DNA of 20,000 nt, taken from NCBI RefSeq assembly GCF_004010195.1, contig NC_057719.1, forward strand, positions 51,315,255-51,335,254. Direction: 5' to 3'. This document shows, in pieces, positions 10,141 to 20,000 of the stretch. Numbering within the stretch: position 1 is the first letter of the stretch; each line of letters starts with the position of its first letter. The translations under genes and the position numbers were made by a program. The notes beneath the pieces are model-generated. The model was not told the origin of the DNA. It made no database searches and saw only the letters and a list, made by a program, of their open reading frames with translations. The DNA is from Chiloscyllium plagiosum (lineage: Eukaryota).

Positions 10141-11139
10141 CTCCATGTTGATGTTTCCTTCATTTCACTTGTATCTTTCTCTTCTTTAAAAATCCAGGCA
10201 AATCAATACGACAATACTGATAGCCTTTAGGCTCTGGCTGAAGCACCGATCCATGGCATGGCATATTCCTGCATATGTTGTTGCGACCTATGGATTTTCT
10301 CATTCTTGGAATAGTGGCTTTCAGTTTTACACGCTCTACAATCCCCCTTAGCCGCCAAGTAGCCATATTAATTGTGGAAAGCAGTAATGGCACCTGAGGA
10401 ATGAGAGGGGATTACAATATCTGGCAACTCCAACAAGGCCAGCCCTCACTGATTGCAATATCAGTTATATCCAGCAAACTAGTTTGGAATCATTTACATT
10501 GAAATTTCACATTTTAAATAAACATTAAGCAATCCAGTCATACTGTAAGTTATTTAAATATATTCAGCAAAAGGAAATAAAAATTATATTAGTTGCATCT
10601 GTATTCATTTTTGGTATGCCTCATAAGATCATAATTTCTGCCATATTGCATTCTGGATACCAACCACTGATGACTTGTGGTTGGAATAGTTCACTGACAG
10701 TACTTTTCCTTTCTCTGCTAAGTCTAAGGGCCTGTCCAATGATTATAAGTAGAGGAGAACCTTAACAAGAAGAGGCACTTGTCACACATAAGGTGTAGTT
10801 TATTGCATGATAAGAAAAATAACACTAATGCATCAGGCATAACAACAACTATCAGGAGCTAGTTTTGTCATGCTTGTCTGAATACTTTGGGATCTCGTGC
10901 AAGTCTAACTGTTTTTCCACTCAAAGACTGTGACATCATCAGGTTGGGTAAATATATTACAATTTCAACAGAACCATTACCTTATACAACGGTACCTTGT
11001 TTGGTCATTTGTGTTTGTTACAGGTAGGAAAATTCTACGTGAGTGTACTGGACAACTGTACATCGGGCTGATGAATAGGATAACCCGACCAAATATAGCC
11101 TCTTTGTCAGAGAATCAAATCTTTCTGCTAACCTGCTAC

Positions 11140-11550
11140 AGAAAACTAGCCACCAGGATACATGAACATCAACTAGCCACAAAACGACATGACCCTCTCT
11201 CACTAGTATCCTTACATACAGATGAGGAAGGACACCACTTTCAAAGGGAGAACACATCCATCCTAGGCCAAGCCAAACAGAGACACGCCTAGAAGCATGG
11301 CATTCCAACCAGAACTCTATCAATAAACACATCGAATTAGACCCCATCTACCACCCCGTGAGAAAAAGAACAGGAAATTACATCACCACATGAAATGACA
11401 TCACCAATCCCAAAAACCCCAAACATATAAATAGAAAGCAGGAGTTATCAGCAGTGCTTCGCCCAGAGGTCCACTGAAGATGATACCTCGTAGGGTGATG
11501 AAACGTCTGGAAATTAACCTTCCAGCTCAGCGAGCAAATCTACATCCAGA
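11140..11550 (+). mobile_element. 5'-truncated Penelope-like element (second family): C-terminal half of GIY-YIG plus 3' UTR
   Basis: RKLATRIHEHQLATKRHDPLSLVSLHTDEEGHHF...ILGQAKQRHA, then after a frameshift LEAWHSNQNSINKHIELDPIY; the tail contains a hammerhead motif. Confidence 0.88.
11470..11511 (+). ncRNA. Minimal type I hammerhead ribozyme motif in the Penelope 3' UTR
   Basis: tcca-CTGAAGA-tgatacctcgtagggtgat-GAAA-c-GTC-tgga: stem I tcca/tgga, intact core, partly decayed stem II, predicted cleavage after C11507. Confidence 0.72.
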
Positions 11551-11720
11551 TCTTCTGTTGAAATATCAGTTTCATTGCTTGAACAAATTACAAGCTTGTA
11601 GTTATTTTGAAATTGCCACTGCTTCATCAATGATCTTACATTTTTCATATAATATTCTCATATAACAGCCATTGATTGTTAAAGTCCCTCTGAAATCAAA
11701 TTCATATATGTAATGTAAAA

Positions 11721-11774
11721 GTTGGTATAGACTTGTTGGGCCGAAGGGCCTGTTTCCATACTGTAGGGAACCTA
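11721..11774 (+). mobile_element. Extreme 3' tail of a CR1/HER1 LINE or HE1 SINE
   Basis: 'gacttgttgggccgaagggcctgtttccatactgta' matches the CR1 3' termini at ~16770 (+) and ~19830 (-). Confidence 0.75.
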
Positions 11775-13924
11775 ATGAAATATTACCAGTATTGTTCTGA
11801 TTCATGAAAATGGTATTGTGTTCAATGTAATAAACACTTTAATAAATGAATGCTTTCCTTCGACAGATTCTAAAATCAAGTCACTGTGCTTAAAATACAT
11901 TGTAATCATTAAATGTAGTTTTTACAGTTAAGATGTGAAGTCAGATTCACACAAGCATTGAATGATTGTTATGAGATGTTTCAGTCCTTAAGTGAAAATG
12001 AAGTGCATATTAAAACTTGATACAACATAAAGGTTGCAGGCATTTTATCCATACTTTAAAATTAGCCTTGTAAGATCCTTGGAGAAAACGTATGACTATA
12101 TATGCCACTTCCAGTCAGTAAATCATTATCAGCTTTTGTTCTCTGTAACTGGTGAATAAGTAATGCTGACAATACTGAAAAGCCCCGTTAGATTGAAAAG
12201 CACCTTATGATAATACAGTTTTGATTCCCAAATTATTTGAATATAGGAAAAGAGATTCTTGCTAAACTATAGCAAGATCATTCCCATCTGTGTCAACTGC
12301 TATATATCATCTGCATACTTGTGTTTTCGTCATTGTCATTAGTATGAAGGATTGCATCGTGCCAATCCTTCAATATATTCTGACAGGCATTTTTATGGTA
12401 ATTGGCTCCAGATTGAAATAAGGATCATGCACTACAATGGTCCAGTTCTATGTTAAATTTGAGTTGAGCCTTGCTTAATTCCTTAGGAGATATTATGAGA
12501 TTAATACTGTGTCTCTGGAGTGTACCAATTGCAAGGTTAAGCATTTCAGAATTTGGTTTTAATTTTTTGACTCAACTCCAAAATTCTGATACATCAAATC
12601 AGAACTTCAAAACCTGGAACAATGAGTGTGAAAAATAAACCAGAAGGGTTTTAACCAGTAAGGAAATGGATTCCTTGCATGCTCATCCGTTTGATTGTCA
12701 AAAAGTATTTACATTGCACAATCCTGAAGAATATATCGAAGTTAAAAGTCAAAATATCCGTATATTTAGTATCGTTGAAAATATTCCATCAGATGAAAAT
12801 TGCTCTGCCATTAAGAAATTAAGTTGAGTACTTACGTTTCTTTGCTATAAGGATTTATCATCATCAGCCAACACATACTCCATCCTCTTGTAACTAACAA
12901 AACTAAAAGCTTTACAATGTAAAAGAAAATGCATGTGGAATGGAAACTTCTGGTGCTTGTGATGCAAAGGAATTATTGCTCCCAATTAAATGTCTAGCTG
13001 CCAACTTTTTAAACACTTAACAAACAAAAGAGTCATTGTTGACAGTAGTTAATTGTTTTCCACTTAACTAGAGAAATTTAACAGCAGATACTCAGCCCTA
13101 TAGCATGGGTATTATTATCATGTTGAAGGAAAAAATGTTCAAGATGACTGAATTGCCAAATAGGCTTACCTTGGTTGACAAATGCCAGCTTACTTTGACT
13201 CTGTGCTTTGACTTCTACCTACAATTGTCATGATTTAAGCAGCAAGGCAAATGGTTTATACTGTTTTTTTCCCTTTGAGGGTTTGTGACTCTGAACATTG
13301 CTTCATCTCAGTGCCATCGCTATGAACTCACTTTCCGAGTAATGAGCTTTGGTTATTTCCTGACTAAGGTATAGCCTTTCCACCTTTGGCTTATTAATGC
13401 TTCATTTGTTTTTTCAGACAACATGCATTTATTTGGCTCTTAACAAACTTGTAGTACTGTATTAACGCAGAAAAAAAAGGTTCAGCTAGATTTTGCAGAC
13501 ACAAATAATGACACTGGAAATGAAAGCAATGTACAATAAAGTCCTTAGGGATATTGGCTTGCAAAACACAAAATCGGAGATTTTCATGATGGTGCAACTC
13601 ATCAACAAATATCAAATGAAAAAGTAGTACCCTCTAGTGGATAATTTCACAAACAGCGCAGTCATACTGTTCTTCAACAGAAAGACTAAGTAAAATAAGG
13701 CACATACTCAGCTATGTGACACCTTTTGTCCACCTTTCGTAAAGACAAGCTTTCATCCACAAAGTTGTGACAGCTTTGGAATTTAAGATGGAACAGTGAT
13801 ATGGTGCCCATCGATATTGTACTTTAATACACTGTAATATATGCAAAGGAACTTGAATGCTTCTTGCAAAAAGTGCTACATCAATGCAGCATTATTCAGT
13901 ACATTTTTAAATGTATTTGTTCTC

Positions 13925-15310
13925 AAGATGAGGTATTGCTGGCAAGTCGAGCATTTATTGCTTATCCTACTAGTGCTTGAGAATGGGGGTAGTATTCATG
14001 TGCCTGTGGATCCATTTATGTGATATTGATTACAGGCTTGGGAGGTATTACAAGCAAAGTCTTGGCAATTTGCTGCAGAGAATCTTGTAGATGGTACACT
14101 TTACAGATATAGTGTGATGGTGGTGAACACAGTGTCCTTAAATATAGTGGATGGGGTTCCAAATAAGCCAATTGTTCTGGTTTTGAGCTTCTTGAAAATT
14201 GTGGTAAAACTACACTTATCCAGGCATGTGGAGAGTATTCATCGCACTCCTACCTTGTGCTGTGTTGAATGAAGACAGGTTTTGGGAAGTAAGCATTTTA
14301 GTTATTCACTACAGAATACTCAGATTCTGACCTTTTGTTTGAACCATAGTTATTATTCTGTTGTTTCAGTTCTGTTTTGGTTTAGTGGTGACCTGCAACA
14401 TGTTGATAATGAGGGATTCAGTGATGGTAATATAATTGAATGTCAAGTGGAACCAGTTAGACTTGCAAATTGGAGATCATCATTTCCTAGCATTTCCATG
14501 AAAAAAATACTTGCCACTTAACAGCTTTAGGTCTTGCAGTATGTATATATTGGCTGCTTCATTATGCAACTATCAGCAAACATCCTCATTTTTGACCTTA
14601 CGATGCGAGAAGACCAGTGATGTAGCAGTGGGTGAAAGACAAATTTAAGACACTTCCCTGAAGACCACCTGTAGCAATGTCCTGGAACTGAGATAATTAG
14701 CCTGCAACAAATATAACCATCTATTTGCTTGATGTTACTCAATCATTGGAGAGTATATTTTTTCTCAAATTTCATTGATGTAATGTTTGTTGGGGCTTCT
14801 TCAAACCATACCCAGGTAAAGGTGTATTGATGTCAAGGAATTCACCCTCACTTCACCTCTGGAATTCAGCTATTTTGTTCTCATTTGGATTAAAGCTATA
14901 ATGTGTTCAATAGCCAGGAGAACTCAAAGTGGGCATCAGGAATTCTATTATATTAAGTAGCTTCTGCATGATAGCAGTATTGGTGATAACTGCATCATTT
15001 TCTTGATGATTGTGTGTCAGCTGATCAGGCAGTAAATTGTCAGATTAATCTTCCACTTAGTTGAAGTCAGTGATAAAGCTGGATTGGAACAGCTTAGCTA
15101 GAAGCACAACATATTATGAAGGGCTTCTGCCCGAAACATCGATTTTCCTGCTCCTCGGATGCTGCCTGACGTGCTGTGCATTTCCAGCACCTCTCTAATC
15201 TTGATTCTGATCTCCAGCACCTGCAGTACCCACCTCCGCCTATATTAATACAGGTACTCAGTACTACAGATGGGATCTCATTGGGACCCATTGCCTTTGC
15301 TGTGCCATCA
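13925..15310 (-). mobile_element. Old, highly decayed CR1/L2-group LINE
   Basis: Minus-strand remnants TAKAMGPNEIPSVVLSTC (~15255-15305), AKLFQ (~15085-15100) and IVRSKMRMFADSC (RT FADD motif, ~14562-14605); its 3' tail (13925-13985) resembles the SINE tail at 17700-17750. Confidence 0.7.
15117..15241 (+). mobile_element. Penelope-type 3' tail nested in the old LINE
   Basis: 'tgaagggcttctgcccgaaacatcgattttcctgctcctcggatgctgcctga...ctccagcacctgcag'; possible short duplication atatta at 15111-15116 and 15242-15247. Confidence 0.8.
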
Positions 15311-15446
15311 GACACTGGAATTTAATATTCTCATTCTTGCACTTAATTCTTTCTATAAGTATCAACTATTCTTCTCTCTTCTTACTCCAGTCCTACAACT
15401 CTTCAATAACTCTGTATTCCTCAATTCTGGCCTCTTGTGCATTCTA
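15310..15446 (+). mobile_element. L2-like LINE 3' fragment, left part
   Basis: 'tttaatattctcattctt...ctccagtcctacaac...caattctggcctcttgtgcattcta' resembles a vertebrate L2 ORF2 end as remembered; it resumes at 16863. Confidence 0.55.
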
Positions 15447-15477
15447 CACATTTTAAGTCAACCTCTTCAGAGACGTT

Positions 15478-16795
15478 GAGAGTTCAGAGGCATTATGTGC
15501 CTGTTAGAATGAAAGGCAAGGCTGGTAAGATTAGGTAACAATGGATGAATAAAGTTATTGAGGTTGTAGTCAAGAATAAAAAAAGAATCATACATTAGAT
15601 ATAGACAACTAGGATCAACTGAATCTCTTGAAGAGTATAAAGAGTGTAGGGGCATTCTTAAGAAGGAAATCAGGAAGGCAAAGAGAGGATATGAGTTAGC
15701 ATTGTCAAATTAGATTAAAGATAATCGACAAAGATTCTACATTTACATTAAGAGCAAGACAGCAACTAAAGAGAGAGTAGGAGAACAGGTGGTTTCTTGG
15801 ACTGGAGGACTGTGACCAGCGGTGTTCCACAGGGATTGATACTGGTCCACTTATTTTATGTCATTGATATAAATGATTTGGATGAAATTATAGGAGGCAT
15901 GGTCAGTAAGTTTGCAGATGACATCAAAATTAATGGTTTGGTGGACAGTGAAGAAAGTGATCTAAGATTACAAAGAGATCTTGATCAATTGGATCAATTG
16001 GCCGATAAGTAGCAGATGCAGTTTAATTTGGATAAATGTGAGGTATTGCATTTTGGTGAAACAAACAAGACAAGACTTATATATGAATGATAGGCCCATG
16101 GGTGGTGTTGTAGCACAGAGAGACCTAGGGGTTCAGGTACATAAGTATTTAAAATTTGTGTCACAGGTAGACAAAGTGGTTAAGAAGGGGTTTAGCATGC
16201 TTCCCTTCATTGCTCAGGCCTTAGTTTATAGGAGGGGCAGGTTGTACAGGACACTGGTGAGGCCTCTTCTTGAGTATTGTGTGCAATTCTGGTCGCCTTT
16301 CATTATAGCAAGGATATTATTAAACTGGAGAGGGTTCAGAAAAGATTTACCAGGATGTTGCCAGGAATGAAGAGTTTGGGATGTAAAGATAGACTGAAAA
16401 GTCTAGGACTTCTTTTACTGCAGTGTTGGAGGTTGAGGGGTGACCTTATTGTGGTTTATAAAATCATGAGGGCCATCAAAAAAGTGAATGACAAGAGTCT
16501 TTTCTTTAGGGTAGGGAAGTTCAAAACGTAGCATATTTTTGAAGGTGAAAGGAGAAATATTTAAAAAGGACATGAGGGGCAACTTATTTATATAATGGAT
16601 GGTTTGTGCGTGGCACGAACTGCCAGAGAACGTGATGGATGCAGGTCCAGTTACAAGGTTTAAAAGACATTTCGATAAATTCATGAATAGGAAAGGTTTG
16701 GAGAGATTAGGGCCAAGCACAGGAAGATGGGACTAGTTTAGGTTGGGATTATGGTCAGCATGGGTTTGGTTGGACCGAAGGGTCTGATTCCATGA
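15478..16795 (+). mobile_element. CR1/HER1 LINE, 5'-truncated and internally deleted
   Basis: 15480-15781 matches the inter-domain region of the CR1 at 18800-19090; it then jumps to WRTVTSGVPQG...INDLDE...SKFADD and KLERVQKRFTRMLPG, and to the 3' end ccgaagggtctg. Confidence 0.92.
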
Positions 16796-16862
16796 CTCAT
16801 GTTACTACACACCTCCTGGTTCAAATATATACGGACACTGTCACTGCACAACGCCACCTCTT

Positions 16863-17040
16863 CTCTTGTGCATTCTAATTTCCTTTGCCTCACCATTCAC
16901 AACTGTGCGTTCAGTTGTCAAGGCTTGAATTAAAATTCTCTCCATATATCTCTCTGGCTGGCTGCTGCTCAGTTCATCGTTAAAGACACTCCTTAAAACA
17001 TATTTCTTTAAATAAATGTCACCTGTTCTAATATCTCCTT
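16863..17040 (+). mobile_element. L2-like LINE 3' fragment, right part
   Basis: 'caccattcacaactgtgcgttcagttgtcaaggc...aattctctcc...aaagacactccttaaaacatatttcttt' continues the fragment that ends at 15446. Confidence 0.55.
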
Positions 17041-17045
17041 ACAAC

Positions 17046-17668
17046 AACATAAGAAGTAGAAACAGGAGTAAACTATTCAGACCCTGGACTCTCTTTCACC
17101 ATTCAATATGACCACCTCCAGTTTTCAGCTGTATTCCCATGTGACTCCAGACCCACAGCAATGTGGTCGACTCTTAACTGCCCTCTGAGCAATTAGGAAT
17201 GGACAATAAATGTTGCCTAGCCAGCGATCCCTTCAGAACCCATCCGAAAACCTACTGATTTTTGCCCTGATCATATTGAATGACTGAGCATCCACAATCC
17301 TCTGAAATGAAGAATTCTAATAATTCACAATCCTTTGAATGAAAACATTTCTCAACATCTCTGCCCTAAATATTGTTTCCTTTTCGTACAACCAGATGTA
17401 GATTCAGAGGTTGGGGAAATAACCTCTCAGCATTTAACCTGTCAAACCCTGTCAGAATTTTATACATTTCAATAAGATTTCCTCTCATTTTTCTAAACTC
17501 CTGGAGTTACATGCAGATTCTGTTTAATTTCTCCCAATGGAATAACCTTCTGGTCCCTGAAATCAGTCTAGTGAACCCATGTTTCACATCCTCGAAGGAA
17601 AGTATATCCTTTCTTAAGTAAAGAGACCAAGAGCTGTGTACAGGAAGTTACATGTGGTCTTACAAAAC
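17046..17668 (-). mobile_element. Old CR1 LINE 3' fragment, interrupted by a SINE piece
   Basis: Starts 'acataagaagtagaaacaggagta...attcag' (minus 3' end); 'ctgactgagcatccacaatcctctg...gaattc' and 'gtatatcctttcttaagtaa' parallel the element at 3006-3905. Confidence 0.75.
17138..17232 (+). mobile_element. SINE 3' fragment, inverted relative to 17683-17975
   Basis: 17138-17225 is the reverse complement of 17712-17799 with 2 mismatches in 88 bp. Confidence 0.85.
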
Positions 17669-17682
17669 CTTATATCCCCCTT

Positions 17683-17975
17683 TTGTTATTCATTCATGGG
17701 ATGAGGGTATTGCTGGCTAGGCAGCATTTATTGTCCATTCCTAATTGCTCAGAGGGCAGTTAAGAGTCGACCACATTGCTGTGGGTCTGGAGACACATGT
17801 AGGTCAGACCAGGTAAAGATGGCAACTTCCTTCCCTAAAGGGCATTAGTGATCCAAATGGGTATTTTCCCATCAACTAGCATTAGACACTTAACTCCAGA
17901 TTTTTATTGAATTTAATTCTACAATCTGCAATGGCGGGATTTTAACTCAGGTCTCCAGAATATTTCCTGGATTTT
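17683..17975 (-). mobile_element. tRNA-derived shark SINE, near full length
   Basis: The minus strand has B-box-like 'gagttaaaatccc', the body 'ccctttagggaaggaag...gactcttaactgccctctg' and the tail 'tcccatgaatgaataac'. Confidence 0.8.
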
Positions 17976-17981
17976 GGATTG

Positions 17982-18005
17982 GAATAGAGTAGAATAGAAT
18001 AGAAT
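17982..18005. repeat. Short (AGAAT)n microsatellite
   Basis: gaatagagtagaatagaatagaat. Confidence 0.7.
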
Positions 18006-18009
18006 ACAG

Positions 18010-19626
18010 TAATCAGACATAGTAAGCTGAAGAGACAGGTCAGGCTGGAACACAACAGGGTGTGAGGAATGCCTGTTGGATTAAATTGCATCTATTTCAA
18101 TGCAAGGGGACTGACAGATAAGGCTAATGAACTCAGGGCATGGATAGGTATTTGGAACTGGGATATTATAGCCATTATTGAAACATGGCTAAGGGAAGAA
18201 CAAGACTGGCAGTTAATATGCCAGGGCACAGGTGTTTTATCGCAGCAGTAATCAGAGATGAAATAACTGAAGAATCGTCCAGTGAGGCTTTGTAGGTGGA
18301 GCTAAAAATAAGAAGGGAATGGTGGTGTTATTGGGGTTGTACTGTAAGCTCCCAAATAGTCAATGGGAATTAGAGGAACAAATATGCAGGGAGATTGGGG
18401 AGACTTGTAGGAGCAAAAGGGTATTTTAATTTTCCTAACATAAGCTGGGACTGCCATAGCATTAAGGCTGAGATGGGATAGAATTTGTTAAGTGCGTTCA
18501 GGAGAGTTTCCTCAAGCAGTATTTAGAGGATCCTACTCAGGAACGGGCAAAACTTGACCTACTCTTGGGAAATAGGGCAGGATAGGTGACAGCAGTGACA
18601 ATGGGGGAACACTTTGGGACCAGTGACCATAGTTCTATTAATTTTAAAATATTTATGGAGAGGGACAAACTAGTCCACAGGTTCAAGTTCTAAATGGGGC
18701 AAAGTTAATTTTGATGGAATTAGACAGGAGTTTGCAGGGGTTGGATTGAGTGGGGCAAGGGGACCTCTGGCAAGTGGGAGGCCTTTAACAGTGAGATAAC
18801 TAGAGTTCAAGGTCTATATGTTCCTATGAGGATGAAAGGCAAGGTTGACAGGAATAGGGAACCTGGATGACAAAAGATAATGAGGCTTTGACCAGACAAA
18901 AGAAGAAGGTATGGCTCAGGTACAGGCAGCTGTGATCAAGGGAATCCCTCGAGGTACACAGAGTATACAGGAGTTTACTGAAGAAGGAAATCAGGAGCAT
19001 GAAATTGCCTTGGCTAAGAAGATTTGGGTGAATCCAAAGAAGTCCTTTAGGTATACTAAGGGAAAAAGAATAACTAGAGAGGATAGGAACCCTCAAGGAC
19101 CAAAGTGGGCACGCATGTGTAGAATCACAGGGGATGGGCAAGGTCCTCAATGAATATTTTTCCTCTATATTTACAGTGGAGAAAGACATGAAGACTTGGA
19201 ACCTGGGGAGGTTAGTGGTCACGTCTTGGCGACAGTCCATATCACAGGGAATGAGGGGTTGGATGTATTAGAATGTATGAAGGTGGATAAATCCTCTGGT
19301 CCTGACCAGATATATCCAAGAACACTGCAAGAGGCTAGAGAAGAAATTGTGGGAGCCCTGGCTGATATTTTTGCGTCATCATTAGCCATGGTGAGGTCCC
19401 GGAAGACTGGAGGGTAGTGAATGTTGTGCCCTTATTTAAGAAGGAATGCAAAGAAAGAACTGGGAAATATAGACCAGTAAGCGTAACATCTGTGGTGGGT
19501 AAATTACTTGAGAAGATTCTGAGAGATAAGATGTACATGCATGTGGAAAGACAGGGTTTGATTAGGAATAGTCAACACGGCTTTGTGTTTGGGAAATCAT
19601 ACCTCACAAATTTTTTCGAGTTATTG
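18010..19626 (+). mobile_element. CR1 LINE ORF2 5' half: APE endonuclease, linker and start of RT; multiple stops and frameshifts
   Basis: LNCIYFNARGLTDKANELRAWI...DIIAIIETWL (APE), GTSDH (~18615), KVDKSSGPDQIYPRTL, NVVPLFKK...YRPVSVTSVVGKLLEKI...SQHGF...LTNFFE. Confidence 0.93.
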
Positions 19627-19871
19627 AATCATAGAATCATAGAGATGTACAGCATGGAAACAGACCCTTCAGTCCAACTTGTCCATGTTACTTGAGAAGA
19701 TTCTGAGAGATAAGATGTACATGCATGTGGAAAGACAGGGTTTGATTAGGAATAGTCAACACGGCTTTGTGTTTGGGAAATCATACCTCACAAATTTTTT
19801 CGAGTTATTGAATCATAGAATCATAGAGATGTACAGCATGGAAACAGACCCTTCAGTCCAACTTGTCCATG
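19504..19871 (+). repeat. Perfect 184-bp tandem duplication (19504-19687 / 19688-19871)
   Basis: Both units read identically from ttacttgagaag to cttgtccatg. Confidence 0.95.
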
Positions 19872-20000
19872 CCGACCAGATATCCCAACCCAATCTAGTC
19901 CCACCTGCCAGCACCCGGCCCATATCTCTCCAAACCCTTCCTATTCATATACTCATCCAAATGCCTCTTAAATGTTGCAATTGTACCAGCCTCCACCACT
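19810..20000 (-). mobile_element. Younger CR1/HER1 LINE 3' end inserted antisense into the older CR1; runs off the window
   Basis: 'gaatcatagaatcatagagatgtacagcatggaaacagacccttc...ccaaacccttcctattcat' is the reverse complement of the CR1 3' terminus with its short terminal repeats; the first 60 bp also appear at 19626-19687. Confidence 0.9.

Noticed and set aside
10930..11292. 120-aa ORF with 'LYIG' as an intact GIY-YIG nuclease
   Set aside because: Penelope similarity begins only at RKLATRIHEH (~11140). The upstream LYIG is about 22 residues before it instead of about 3, and no GIY motif is present.
12548..12827. Plus-strand nearly open frame (FGFNFLTQ...KKLS)
   Set aside because: Internal TAA, no recognisable homology and AT-rich composition; probably chance.

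Overview
Eukaryotic, repeat-dense, non-coding (intronic or intergenic) DNA. The repeat families (HER1/CR1-type LINEs, HE1-like and Deu-domain-like SINEs, Penelope GIY-YIG elements) point to a cartilaginous fish, probably a shark; this is an inference from remembered repeat motifs, not a database result. No recognisable host protein-coding gene was found, and the longer ORFs that can be assigned are decayed transposon fragments or their antisense frames. Contents: several CR1 LINE fossils, an older LINE and an L2-like fossil, two Penelope GIY-YIG 3' fragments, several short Penelope-type tails, SINEs, a decayed Harbinger/HARBI1-like transposase and a 74-nt N gap. Most unusual structures: (1) a 537-bp double-hairpin insertion (8776-9312) with an exact 17-bp target-site duplication, built from Penelope tails carrying minimal hammerhead-ribozyme motifs plus an apparently captured ~56-bp segment; (2) a minimal hammerhead at 11470-11511; (3) a probable templated repair insertion copied from ~850 bp away; (4) an internally deleted CR1 with extra 3' sequence flanked by a 15-bp duplication; (5) a near-identical inverted SINE pair; (6) a perfect 184-bp tandem duplication that may be an assembly artefact. 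No new biological system can be demonstrated from the sequence alone.
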